In this document: positions 13,800 through 23,377 of the stretch, piece by piece
How the letters are laid out: each line of letters starts with the position of its first letter
Position numbering within the stretch: position 1 is the stretch's first letter
Source of the DNA: Octopus bimaculoides
Lineage: Eukaryota
Length of the DNA stretch: 34,061 nt
Assembly: GCF_001194135.2 (NCBI RefSeq)
Contig: NC_068999.1
Location: 22,585,404 to 22,619,464, forward strand
Direction of reading: 5' to 3'
Translations under genes and position numbers: made by a program
Notes under the pieces: model-generated
What the model saw: the letters and a program-made list of their open reading frames with translations, nothing else
The model's database searches: none
What the model was told of the DNA's origin: nothing

Positions 13800-15440
13800 G
13801 ACATATTCCTTTAAGGAGGCATTTAGTACAACTTTGGAGAGGAGAAGCAGAGTTGGTGGCTATCAAGGAGAGCTTGTCATCTGATTCAGAAGAAGCAGCT
13901 AAGTATTTATAGTGGTAGAAGTATCAAGATGAGGAGTATTCTGAGGCATTATTTACTTGGGAGGCTCAAATACTGTTGGTTTAGGCACAAAATTAGAAGC
14001 GACATCACTTCGAGGAGCAAGCTGTCTTTACTACACTGTGGACTGCCTACCGTTAGAGAACCTGAACTCTGTGAAGTGAGGAGACACATTCAGGAATTCT
14101 ACTCTCTCTACTACAGGCTTAGTGGTTAGGGTATTCAGCTCACAATCTTACAATGATGAGTTCAACTTGAGCAAGACACTTTATTACACGTTGCTCTAGT
14201 CCACTCAGCTGGCAAGAATGAGTTATATCTGTAGTTCAAGGGGCCAGTATTGTCACTTCCTGTGTCATGCTGAATTTCCCTGAAAATTGCATTAAGAGTA
14301 CGCTTGTCCCTGGAGTGCTCAGCCACTTGCATGTTCATTTCACGAGCAGGCTGTTCTGTTTATTGGATCGACTGGAACCCTTGTCATCAGAACTGATGGA
14401 GTGCCAAAGTTAGTTACTACGGGGTTATATTTACTCTGGCAATTATTATATTTCAGGATAATCTTGGTACCCAGAAAAAGAGAGCCATGAAAGGATAGAA
14501 TACCCTTTTGAAGATTTACACTGATAGTTAAAAAGGCATTTATGGGGAGTGCAATTTGGTGAAGTCAAGAGTAGAAAATAGATTGAATTAGGTGCACCAG
14601 GAAGAACTAGTTCCCAGACATAGTCCATTCCCTTGTATGTTGTAAGGAGTAGTTCTGCTAATAGTTATATCTTGTTGGTGCAAGATTTATTGTAAATCCT
14701 TTGACATGAGAGATGTATCACAATCAGGATTCCAAAAACTGAGAAGAATTTTGATAAGTGCTTTATAATGGTTTTGGTATTTCATATCTGCACATGGGAA
14801 AGCAAATGGAAACCTTGAGAATTCATCCATGATGGTCAATAAATATTAGTTTTTAGAAGAAAGGTCCCTTAAAATCAAGGCTTAGTCTCACAAAGTTCAA
14901 GTAACTGTTATCACATGAGCAGGTATAGGTTTATAAAACCTTGGTTTTATCTCATCACATGTGGAGATCATTCTTTTGATTTCCTCTTCAGAATATGGAA
15001 GATTTCTGACACATACAAAATGAAGCATCCATGTGATGCCAGGACGTTACAGATCCTTATGGAGTTTATGAATCACATCACAATACAGCACAAACCTGAG
15101 ACAGGTGTTAGCAACAGCATTGTCCATATAAGTAAAGTCATATTGAAAATAGGAGAGTTCTAAATATCAATGATTTATTTTCCTATTCCTTATTTTACTG
15201 TTCCATCTAATACCATACATGAAGGCAACACATTTCTAATCTATTACCAACTGGAATTGGTAGTGGAATAGATAATATCTCTGCTTCTTTAAAGATTCTA
15301 CAATGGCATAGGCTTTAAAGAATGTCTCCACTCACAAGCTGATTGTGTTCTTGAATAGAAAGCCACTACTTAGCAGTGTGTGTATCTTCAGGATTAGTAT
15401 CCAAACGTTCAGAGTGGAAGAATTTTCCCATGATGAAAAT
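13800..15440 (-). mobile_element. Decayed, internally deleted Gypsy LTR retrotransposon: gag N-terminus, RNase H, integrase
   Basis: Minus frames: MGKFFHSERLDTNPEDTHTAK*W (gag start), FYSRT..AYAIVESLKK..YYL (RNase H), DFKGP..LTIMDEFSRFPFAFPCADM..RTTPYNIQGNG (integrase core), VEFLN..FRFSNGRQSTV..LAP (integrase tail). Confidence 0.85.
14100..14410 (+). mobile_element. tRNA-derived SINE, family C (decayed)
   Basis: Shares ggagtgctcagccacttgca..catgagcaggctgttc..actggaaccc body with 15470 and 19034 copies. Confidence 0.85.
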
Positions 15441-15469
15441 TAATGTTCTATAGGTATTATATAAAAAAA

Positions 15470-15790
15470 CTGGCACTCAGTTGGTTACGATGGCAAGGGT
15501 TCCAGTTGATGCAACCAATGGAACAGCTTGCTCATGAAATTAACTTACAAGTAGTTGAGCACTCCATAGACATGCATACTATTAACATAGTTCTCAGTGA
15601 AATTCAATGTGACACAGTATGACAAGGCTGGTCTTTTGAAAAAGAAGTACTAGTCATTTTTGCCAGCTGAATGAACTGAAGCAACTTGGAATAAAGAATC
15701 TTGCCCAAGGACACAATATGACACCAGGAATTGAACTTATGACCTTACAATCATCAGCTGAATACCCTAACCACTCAGCCATGCACCTTC
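15470..15790 (-). mobile_element. tRNA-derived SINE, family C
   Basis: Reverse-strand head gcatggctgagtggttagggtattcagc..aagttcaattcctgg; same body as 19034-19413. Confidence 0.85.
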
Positions 15791-15794
15791 ACTG

Positions 15795-16375
15795 GTTATA
15801 TGTACATTAAACCAAAGGATGATGTGTATGCATGGCATGTATTAGCTACTTGTCAACAAGAGTTTAATGAATAACTAGACAAATATTTACAAACATCAAA
15901 GATCTGAGCAAAGGATTGCTACTCTAAAGTAGTAGCTGCTGGGCAATGCAACAGTTACTGTTAATGGCCTTTTTTCTACACAGATGAAGTAATGCTTACT
16001 CAAGAATAAGCACTGGATCTGCAGACTGCCTATGAGCAAGCATATACTTTAGAAATGGCTGAAAAACACTCTGCATCTTTTATATGATCTCTCTCAGTCA
16101 ATGCTGCTGTGGCTGGTCTTCCAAAACCACAGTTGGAAAATTATATTTGTGCACATCCAGATCAACCCTAAACACTTACAACAGTTATCCCTATATATTT
16201 CTTTAGCAGATTAAAGAGACATTGTTGATCAAAATGCCCTGCCAAGGATGTGCTACGTAATAAATGTGGTAAGAAGGGATTTTACACCAAGATATGCTGA
16301 TCTTCAGCTGCATTTTCTGCTGTTTCACCTCATTGTTTGTCATAGGTTATTATGGATAGTAAAATAAATGGCAGT
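15795..16375 (+). mobile_element. Gypsy gag middle + zinc knuckle + protease start, inverted relative to 13800-15440
   Basis: Plus frames: YIKPKDDVYAWHVLATCQQE..LDKYLQ..KDC, ALDLQTAYEQAYTLEMAEKHS, KCPAKDVLRNKCGKKGFYTKIC, CLS*VIMDSKING. Confidence 0.8.
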
Positions 16376-16399
16376 AAAACCAAAACATTAATGCACGCA

Positions 16400-17560
16400 G
16401 GAAGCCGAAAAAGCTTCCTTCACAAGGGACCAGTAAACAGATAAGTGGAAGGCGAATTCTACAAATGGGGAATAAATTAACATATATTAAGACTTGTTTC
16501 GCTTTCTCAGGTTTTATTACCTATTTAGCAAACATACTGCGCTTGTCACCGACCAGAAGAAAACCCCCGTAGATAGATTTACACTAATACGACAAACAAG
16601 GGAGGCTACTTAGCTCTGTAACCCCAGGTTATAGTTTACAAACCTATGATCAGAGATTTTGTGGTTGAAGATGTTAGGGAGTGAATTGATTCGTTTAGGC
16701 TGTAAATGTTTTTGGTATATGTTTGTGATTTCTTTCGGCCCTGAGGCTTTTGAGTTTTAGATTTCTTTATTAATTATTGAGTGTGTGGTTATTTATTAAA
16801 AAAATTTTTTTAGTAAAAGTTAAAATTCATTGTCAAGGTGAACTCAGGTCTGTAGTTTTCATTTTATATAACTCTCTTCTTCATATGGTGTTTTGTTTCT
16901 GATTTTTGAGAAATGTGGTTGCTTGGTTTTGGAATGTGGTTTTGCTAGTTGAAGTTTTGTCTGACATGTGTGTAGTCTGGCTACTATTGTTGTTTATACT
17001 GTTATTTTTTTATTGTTTTATGGTCTAAACTGAATGCAAATATTTGGTTGTCTTATGATTTTTTTAAGGTTTATTATATTTGCTATTTCCTTATTTAAGT
17101 TTTTTGATGCTGAGTTTTATTTCAGTTGTATGTGGTGTTGTGTATTGTGTTTGAGGCTGTACATTTTTTATTCTGATTTTTAAGATTAGCTATTTCTGGG
17201 AGAGTGTAGTTTTAATGTTACCTTCTGAGATATGTTTTAGTTGTATCTATAAATATTTTGTTGGTTGTATGTATTAGTGTCTATATTGGTGAGTGTGATG
17301 TTGCTGAATGCTAAAAATTACGATTTTGTTTTTTTCTGGGTTTGCTTTGCCGGGAATTTTTTTCAATGCTTGTAAAAGGGGTATTTTCTGCATTGGTTTG
17401 AGAAGGGAATTTTGGGGTGTGTGTGGTACAAAAGGAGATTTCTGGAAATGTGCTTTAGTTATTGGCTTTGTAATGTATGCATGGGTTAGTGTAGGTTGGT
17501 TAGGTTCTAAAGAGAATATTGTTATGATGTTATGTTACATTTTGTGTTAACTGTCTTATT
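16400..17560 (-). mobile_element. Unclassified retroelement-like relic; its left end is related to 13440-13620
   Basis: Strong G/T strand skew; shares ttagacttgttt..caggttttatt..aaacata and acaaacaagggaggctact blocks with 13440-13620. No diagnostic protein motif. Confidence 0.35.
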
Positions 17561-17734
17561 TGGAAAACAGATTGCAGCTTCTCTGATGGAAGTGTAATGA
17601 AACTGTTCTCAATTATGGTATTTGTGAGAGCATTAAAACGATGTATTCAAATCAAGTAACCTGGTGAAACAGTTGGTGAAGTTGCTGGTGACGTGTGTAT
17701 GTTTACCATATTCATGTGCTTTGTGATGCTGGAT

Positions 17735-17820
17735 TTAACCCTCACCCAAACCCCTAAGCCTAAACCCTAAATGTAAACCTTAACCTTAAATCCTAACCCT
17801 AGTGCTAATTCTAATCTAGA
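17735..17820 (+). repeat. Degenerate (TAACCC)n telomere-like tract
   Basis: ttaaccctcacccaaacccctaagcctaaaccctaa..aaccttaaccttaaatcctaaccctag. Confidence 0.8.
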
Positions 17821-17983
17821 CCAGGTTATTTCACAGCATAAAGTATGGATACTGTGATATGCTAAAGTAGCACTGAATGTTCCCTACAGAAGCCCTTAAG
17901 ATGGCAAGCCTCTTTGATTTTGAAGTACTTGATTTTCAGATGTTTTGAAGCTTGTTACAAATGTGCAAAGAAATCTTTCTTAC

Positions 17984-18041
17984 CATCAGCAACATGTATC
18001 ATGAAACCTCTTCTGTCATGATAGAATCTACCTAACCTGAC
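17984..18041 (-). CDS. Candidate exon (VRLGRFYHDRRGFMIHVAD), in phase with the 19582 exon
   Basis: Acceptor ttctttaattccactcag, donor G|gtaaga, 58 nt, open in phase 0, matching the phase-0 end of the upstream exon. Confidence 0.5.
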
Positions 18042-19033
18042 CTGAGTGGAATTAAAGAATTCAGATTCTTGTGTTGCAGGTTCAAAAATGCTTTCTGAAT
18101 TATTGTTATGTAAATGTCTTGTGCAGTGAAATGTTTTAGCTTCATAGCTGCATTTTGTGAGTCATTTATTTTGAGTTGTAGTGTTTTAATGTTTTTATAT
18201 CATATCTAAAATGTTTATTTTTGTGTTTGACATGTTTGGATTTTTAAATGTATTCTATGCAGACCTATGATATTGGAAGGAGAGATAATAATGATACATC
18301 ATATATTGCACATATTATTATTTTTCCGTAGTGTTGTGTGTTAATGTGGAATTTTGTAAATGTGGCAGTTTGAATATATTTATGTGCGCAGTTTCGAAAA
18401 CAATGAATTTTTAAAATGATTTCTGAGTTTGCTTTCTGCAGTGTATTTTAATGGCATCCATGCATGGAAAGAATATTTCTCTTTGATGAACCTACATCAT
18501 TTGACCGGCATTCTAGCCATGGTCATTCTACCTCATTTTCTGCCTCAAGACATCAGGGTGGGATTTGAAGGGGACTCAGCTGGAATTTTGGCAGGCCAAG
18601 AGACTATGTGGAACCTTTTTCATTGGTTCATGCTATCCACATTATTGTTGTTGTTTTACTCTATGTCTGCACTGACCAATGATGTTCTAACAATCCTCAT
18701 CCCATCTTATTTTCAAACAAAATATATCTAAGATAGTGATGGTAAAGGTTTTTAGTAAACACATTGATATTTCAATGTTTTTAAAATCATAATCTTGATG
18801 ATAGAGTGTCATCTACATCTATGCATGTTTCTGGCAAATGCTTATAAATAAGTAACCTATTAAAAAAAAAAATATGAGTTACATAAAATGCAACTTGAAA
18901 TTTTAAAATGTTAAATGATGATGATGATTTTAAAAATTAGGATAATAAAATGAAATTTAAAAAGTTACTTGAACTTCATTAAATTTTTTATTGCTGACTT
19001 TGAGAAACAGTTGTTCTATGGGAAGCATATAAT

Positions 19034-19413
19034 TATAGTTGTTGGCACTCCGTCGCTTACGACGACTTGGGTTCCAGTTGATCTGATCAACGGAACAGCC
19101 TGCTCATGAAATTAACGTGCAAGTGGCTGAGCACTCCACAGACACGTGTACCCTTAACGTAGTTCTTGGGGATATTCAGCGTGACACAGTGTGACAAGGC
19201 TGACCCTTTGAATTACAGGCACAACAGAAACAGGAAGAAAGAGTGAGAGAAAGTTGTGGTGGAAGAGTACAGCAGAGTTCACCACCATCCCCTGCCGGAG
19301 CCTCGTGGAGCTTTAGGTGTTTTCGCTCAATAAACAATCACAACGCCCGGTCTGGGAATCGAAACCGCGATCCTATGACCGTGAGTCCGCTGCCCTAACC
19401 ACTGGGCCATTGC
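19034..19413 (-). mobile_element. tRNA-derived SINE, family C, young CpG-intact copy
   Basis: Head tggcccagtggttagggcagcggac..ggtttcgattccc; probable TSD gcatataat (19025-19033 / 19414-19422). Confidence 0.92.
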
Positions 19414-19581
19414 GCATATAATGTGTACATATAAGCATATAATGTATACATTTTAAAGCTATTCTGATGCTATACAAGCAGCACTTGCGTTGTCATTCAT
19501 TCTGTTTCACTTTTTTAAAAATATTATTTAGTGCTGAAAACAATGTCTCAGATGAACACATTAATGAGAAAATAGGAATAC

Positions 19582-19772
19582 TTTTTCAAGAATTTTAAGA
19601 GTACCATTATGTTTGGGAATATAATTCCACATTCCCCGTAGTTTGCAGTCTGAATAGTTGATTACTTTTGCACATTCATGTTCAATTTTCTTTAAATCAG
19701 CTTTTGGCATAATGGATTTTAACTTCCAAATAGGATTGGACTGAAGGTCTACACTTCTAAATTTCTCAAGTC
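19582..19772 (-). CDS. Candidate coding exon of an unidentified protein (LEKFRSVDLQSNPIWKLKSIMPKADLKKIEHECAKVINYSDCKLRGMWNYIPKHNGTLKILEK)
   Basis: 63 open codons bounded by AG (19773-74, alternative 19784-85) and a gtattc donor; protein-like composition; no family recognised. Confidence 0.55.
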
Positions 19773-19796
19773 CTACCACACAACTAATTTCAGATT

Positions 19797-20128
19797 AATA
19801 CAGTTCTATATTTAAGAGATGAGGAATTATTTACATTATTTACATTTGACGGATATTCGTCCTCATCTTGTTTGTTGTTAACACAACGTTTCGGCTGATA
19901 TACCCTCCAGCCTTCGTCAGGTGTCTTGGGGAAATTTCGAACCTGGGTTCTCATTCCTATCGATGTTACTATTATTATATTATTATTATTATTATTATTA
20001 TATTATTATTATTATTAATATTATTAATCAGGTCGCTGCCGTGAATCGAACTCGGAACCTTGGGGTTAGTAGCCCGCGCTCTTAACCTCTACGCCATATG
20101 CCCGTGGGCATATGGCGTAGTGGTTAAG
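19797..20128 (-). mobile_element. tRNA-headed non-autonomous element: tRNA-like head, (AAT)n spacer, Penelope-type tail; 5' end fold-back duplicated
   Basis: Minus strand gggcatatggcgtagaggttaag (A box)..gagttcgattc (B box), (AAT)n, then cctgacgaaggctggagggtatatcagccgaaacgttgtgt. Confidence 0.8.
19881..19924 (-). ncRNA. Minimal type-I hammerhead ribozyme motif (Penelope-type)
   Basis: ACAC-CUGACGA-A-GGCUG(gagggtatat)CAGCC-GAAAC-GUU-GUGU: stem I ACAC/GUGU, stem II 5 bp, palindromic loopless stem III (ACGU), GUU site; one extra A after the CUGANGA core. Confidence 0.65.
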
Positions 20129-21228
20129 AAATGAGTAAATATTACTCATTGTATCTTATCCCTATCTAAAAATAGTCTGATTTCACTTAAACATTTAACC
20201 TCCTAAATACTTTATTGAATAATTCTAGACCATTGTAATCTCGTTCCACTTAATTTAAATTAAATTCTTGTTCGTGCAAAACCCTGTAAGATATAAATTG
20301 ACAGTCTTCATCAAAATCTTAAAAGCTTACTTTTGTGCACAATACTTCTTGAGATATAATAAGCAGAAAGAAACAAGTGGATGACCGTCAGCTTCTGTAA
20401 ATTTCTTTACAAAACCAGTATTTCAGATTGATATGCTAGAAGTACTATCCATCATTCGTAACCAAAACTGTTTGAAAGGAATCTACTTGTCATCTACGAA
20501 GCATTTTAACGAAGCAGTCATTTAGGTCTTCCCTGGCGTGTTTTGAGACAAATTCTCTAACTTCACGAATAGATTCTTTGAGGAAATATCGTACGAAAGT
20601 AGTTGATCGAGATGATGATGCAATATCAGCTATCTCAAGACAAATAGAAATGAACTTACAAAAATTTGAAAAAGTGAAAAAATTATCTTATTAAATATTT
20701 CTCAAAGGTAGGACGAAAGAAGTTTGAAAGATCTGAATTGCAAATCAAAGAAGAATAGCGAGAAATCGTCGTCGTATAACTCAACAATTTACTTCTTTCG
20801 TTATTTGTTACAAAGAGTGAATTACACAGCAAAAAATTGGATGTTCTCTTTAAAGGGGTGGGGTAGGTGCGTGTGTATATGTGTATGTGTGTGTTTGATA
20901 GGCTAGCAGTTGTATTTCATAAGTTCATGTAACTGTTCATTAGTTTCGAGTTGAAAATGAGAAAGAAATTCGAGATATTATCTAACGCTGTTCGTTAAGT
21001 GCGACAAGGCGTTAGAAGACATTTACTTATCTCTATGAGAAAAAAGGAAGTTGAGAGATCATCTTGTACAACGTAGCCCAGACTGACCACGTCTGATATA
21101 GTCTAGCCACAATTAACATGGTTTCTAATCGGAGTTGATTCACAGGTTTATATAAAAAATTTCTAGAATATTCTCGAAATAAATTTCGCACGGTCCATGA
21201 TCAATTTGGCTGCAATATATGTCAGCAG

Positions 21229-21423
21229 GAAAGCGGCGAGCTGGCAGAATTGTTAATATGCCGGGCAAAATGCTTAGTGGAATTTCGACTGTCTACGTAC
21301 TGAGTTCAAATTCCGACTCTGCCTTTCATCCTTTCGAAATCGATAAAATAAGTACTGGGATCGATGTAATCGACTTATCCCCTCCCCTGAAATTGCTGGT
21401 CTTGTTCCAAAATTTGAAACCGG
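21229..21423 (+). mobile_element. tRNA-derived SINE, family A
   Basis: Family A head/body; TSD tatatg(t/a)cagcag (21216-21228 / 21424-21436). Confidence 0.9.
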
Positions 21424-21522
21424 TATATGACAGCAGATGTGTAGGTGTTTTGGTTAATTGCGTTAATGTTCTCTTGCTACCTATGCTAAATATTACCAGA
21501 TATGGTAATATTAAGGAATCAT

Positions 21523-21737
21523 AAGGCAGCGAGCTGGCAGAAACGTTAGCACGCCGGGCGAAATGCTTAGCGGTATTTCGTCTGTCTTTATGTTCTGAGT
21601 TCAAATTCTGCCGAAGTCGACTTTGCCTTTCATCCTTTCAGGGTCGATAAAATTAAGTACCAGTTGCGTACTGGGGTCGATCTAATCGACTGGCTCCCTC
21701 TCCAAAAATTTCGGGCTTTGTTCCTAGAGTAGAAAAG
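21523..21737 (+). mobile_element. tRNA-derived SINE, family A
   Basis: Full head/body; perfect 16-bp TSD aatattaaggaatcat (21507-21522 / 21738-21753). Confidence 0.95.
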
Positions 21738-22226
21738 AATATTAAGGAATCATGAATTCAGATTCAAAGATGCTGCAAGATCGAATCCAGAAAGCGATCT
21801 GTCACACGAATCCTCTTACAGTGCGTTTGTCATAAGTGCGTGCATAGTGCTACAGACCGTATGGTGTATATGGTAAGTACAATATAATGCCTTGAAGGAA
21901 ATGCAGAGACCAAGTGTGTTTGGCGTTCTGGTCTGGTCGTGGGCCAAGAAAGGACAACGGCTGAATGCGCTGAGACAGGTATATCTCTATATCATTTGTA
22001 GATAGAGCGTGTAAAGTGGAAAAAATTCTAAATTAAAGCAGTGAAGGAAACGTAGTCTGAACACCATGCTGTTATAGCAGGAGAATTTGGTGGGCGGTGT
22101 TAATAACTCTGATTAAGATAAACTATTGTAGACGACCGTGCGAACCAAAGGAGAAATGGTGACGAATGGAAACAGGCTCCGGTATCCACGAGAAAACGGG
22201 TACCTGAAGTACGGTCGTCTACAAAC

Positions 22227-22244
22227 TGGTGACCCCGACGTGAT
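22227..22244 (+). other. tRNA-Trp primer-binding site
   Basis: TGGTGACCCCGACGTGAT, complementary to the 3' 18 nt of eukaryotic tRNA-Trp (AUCACGUCGGGGUCACCA), 3 nt after an LTR-like ..CTACA. Confidence 0.88.
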
Positions 22245-22399
22245 ACGATTCATACAGCCGACGTGATTCTGTTCACACAGCTTCACTTAAATGGTGACTA
22301 AGTGCCAGATATAGGACCAACCGTTCTTTCAGTTTTTTCACTACAATTATTCCCTGTTTCGTCTGCTTTGTCTTTGACAAATCGACTGGTGCGACGCTA

Positions 22400-23377
22400 T
22401 GTAGTGAAACCACCTCTCTCACGGTTATTTATTTACAAATGCGAACGTAGCAGGTAACATTTCTTTCCCGCCTTGGATCCAGCTGTTGTCCATCACCTGA
22501 CTGACTATTATTTGCGCGGCAATTGTCTCCAGTCCTTTCGCGTCAGGGTGCAAACCGACCAATCGTGGCCATCTAATAAGGTCACGTGAGAGAGTGTTTT
22601 TCTGATGCTTTCTGGAGCCTCCTTGTACCTATAAATAGCCTGCTTTATCCGCGCCACTTTGTCGCGGCTTCTGACCTGCTAAGGTCTGGTCGTTGACCAC
22701 ATAACACAGCCAGCCAGTTTCCAGCGACGACATCAACACCATCGTTCAACTGTTTACTACAACCTTCGTCCCTAACGTCGCCAACATCAACATGACTTCT
22801 CCACGTACACAAGCAACCGCAGCTTCTCAACCCTGTTTGTGTGATTTGTTCACCACGAAATAACAGCCAGAATTTGACTCTTGCGAAAGACCATCTGTAT
22901 CAAGTAGCCCGGCCCGGCATAGAAGCCTCAACTGCACGACAAGTGACTTAGCTCTGCCACAACGCCTTAACCTCTTATATACAGACCTACAATCTAACTG
23001 TGTACCCTAACTGAGAACTGGTATTTTCTTACCCGTGTTACAGACTCTTTTCTATCCTCTGTATCTCTTGCATTCACATACATATATTTGTATACACACT
23101 CTTTTGTTTACATGACGGCCTGTCTTATATTGTGTTTTATTATGTCGCATTCACTCACACACAAACATACAGTTTAATGCTCCAATAAACCTTACTGTTA
23201 TTTATCTTTATCGGTTGAGTCATCTATCTTTTCCTTGCTGGCAAATTTCCTAGTTCCCTTATGTTATAATATTATAACATATTATTACATATTTTGTGTC
23301 GACCGTGTGACGCGTTAAAAGGAGCCTGTTCCACATTCGTCACCATTCTCCTTTGGTTCGCACGGTCGTTCTCTACA
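22400..23377 (+). mobile_element. ~980-bp LTR, copy 1
   Basis: TGTAG..CTACA ends, CACGTG (22583), TATAAATAG (22630), AATAAA (23184); collinear diverged copy starts at 33084 with the same TGTAGTGAA boundary. Confidence 0.85.

Larger units (their letters stand above)
20331..21800 (-). pseudogene. Decayed coding segment, copy 1 (unidentified family), interrupted by two SINEs
   Basis: Protein-like stretches YIAAKLIMDRAKFISRIF, LFVTNNERSKLLSY, IADIASSSRSTTFVRYFLKESIREVREFVSKH, NTGFVKKFTEADGHPLVSFCLLYLKKYCAQ with stops and frameshifts; gtaagc donor at 20330; paralogous to ~25900-26690. Confidence 0.5.
22127..23377. mobile_element. Composite Gypsy-derived insertion with TGTAG...CTACA ends, ~55-bp terminal inverted repeats and CTAT TSD
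   Basis: ctat at 22123-26 and 23378-81; 22127-22180 is the reverse complement of ~23320-23377. Confidence 0.85.

Noticed and set aside
16480-16520. Minus-strand ctgagaaagcgaaacaagtc as a second hammerhead
   Set aside because: Core is mutated, with no stem II or convincing stem I.
17984-18010. IHVAD as an RNase II/RNB motif
   Set aside because: The upstream D..D.DD motif is absent.
18480-18730. ORF 18429-18731, or a piggyBac relic on the minus strand (NNVDSMNQ)
   Set aside because: One weak motif, no splice support.
20030-20103. Functional tRNA gene (also all SINE heads)
   Set aside because: Imperfect acceptor and anticodon stems, and contiguous with repeat bodies.
20415-20440. In-frame TGA in SISI*NTGF as selenocysteine
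   Set aside because: Neighbouring frameshifts and other stops, and no SECIS identified; decay is simpler.
20331-20440. Similarity to the non-canonical poly(A) polymerase GIRNT..PLV..KKW motif
   Set aside because: Spacing differs and no catalytic DxD region was found; too weak to name.
22127-23377. DIRS-type element (inverted terminal repeats)
   Set aside because: A TSD, tRNA PBS and TG..CA ends indicate DDE-integrase Gypsy parts; DIRS elements lack TSDs.
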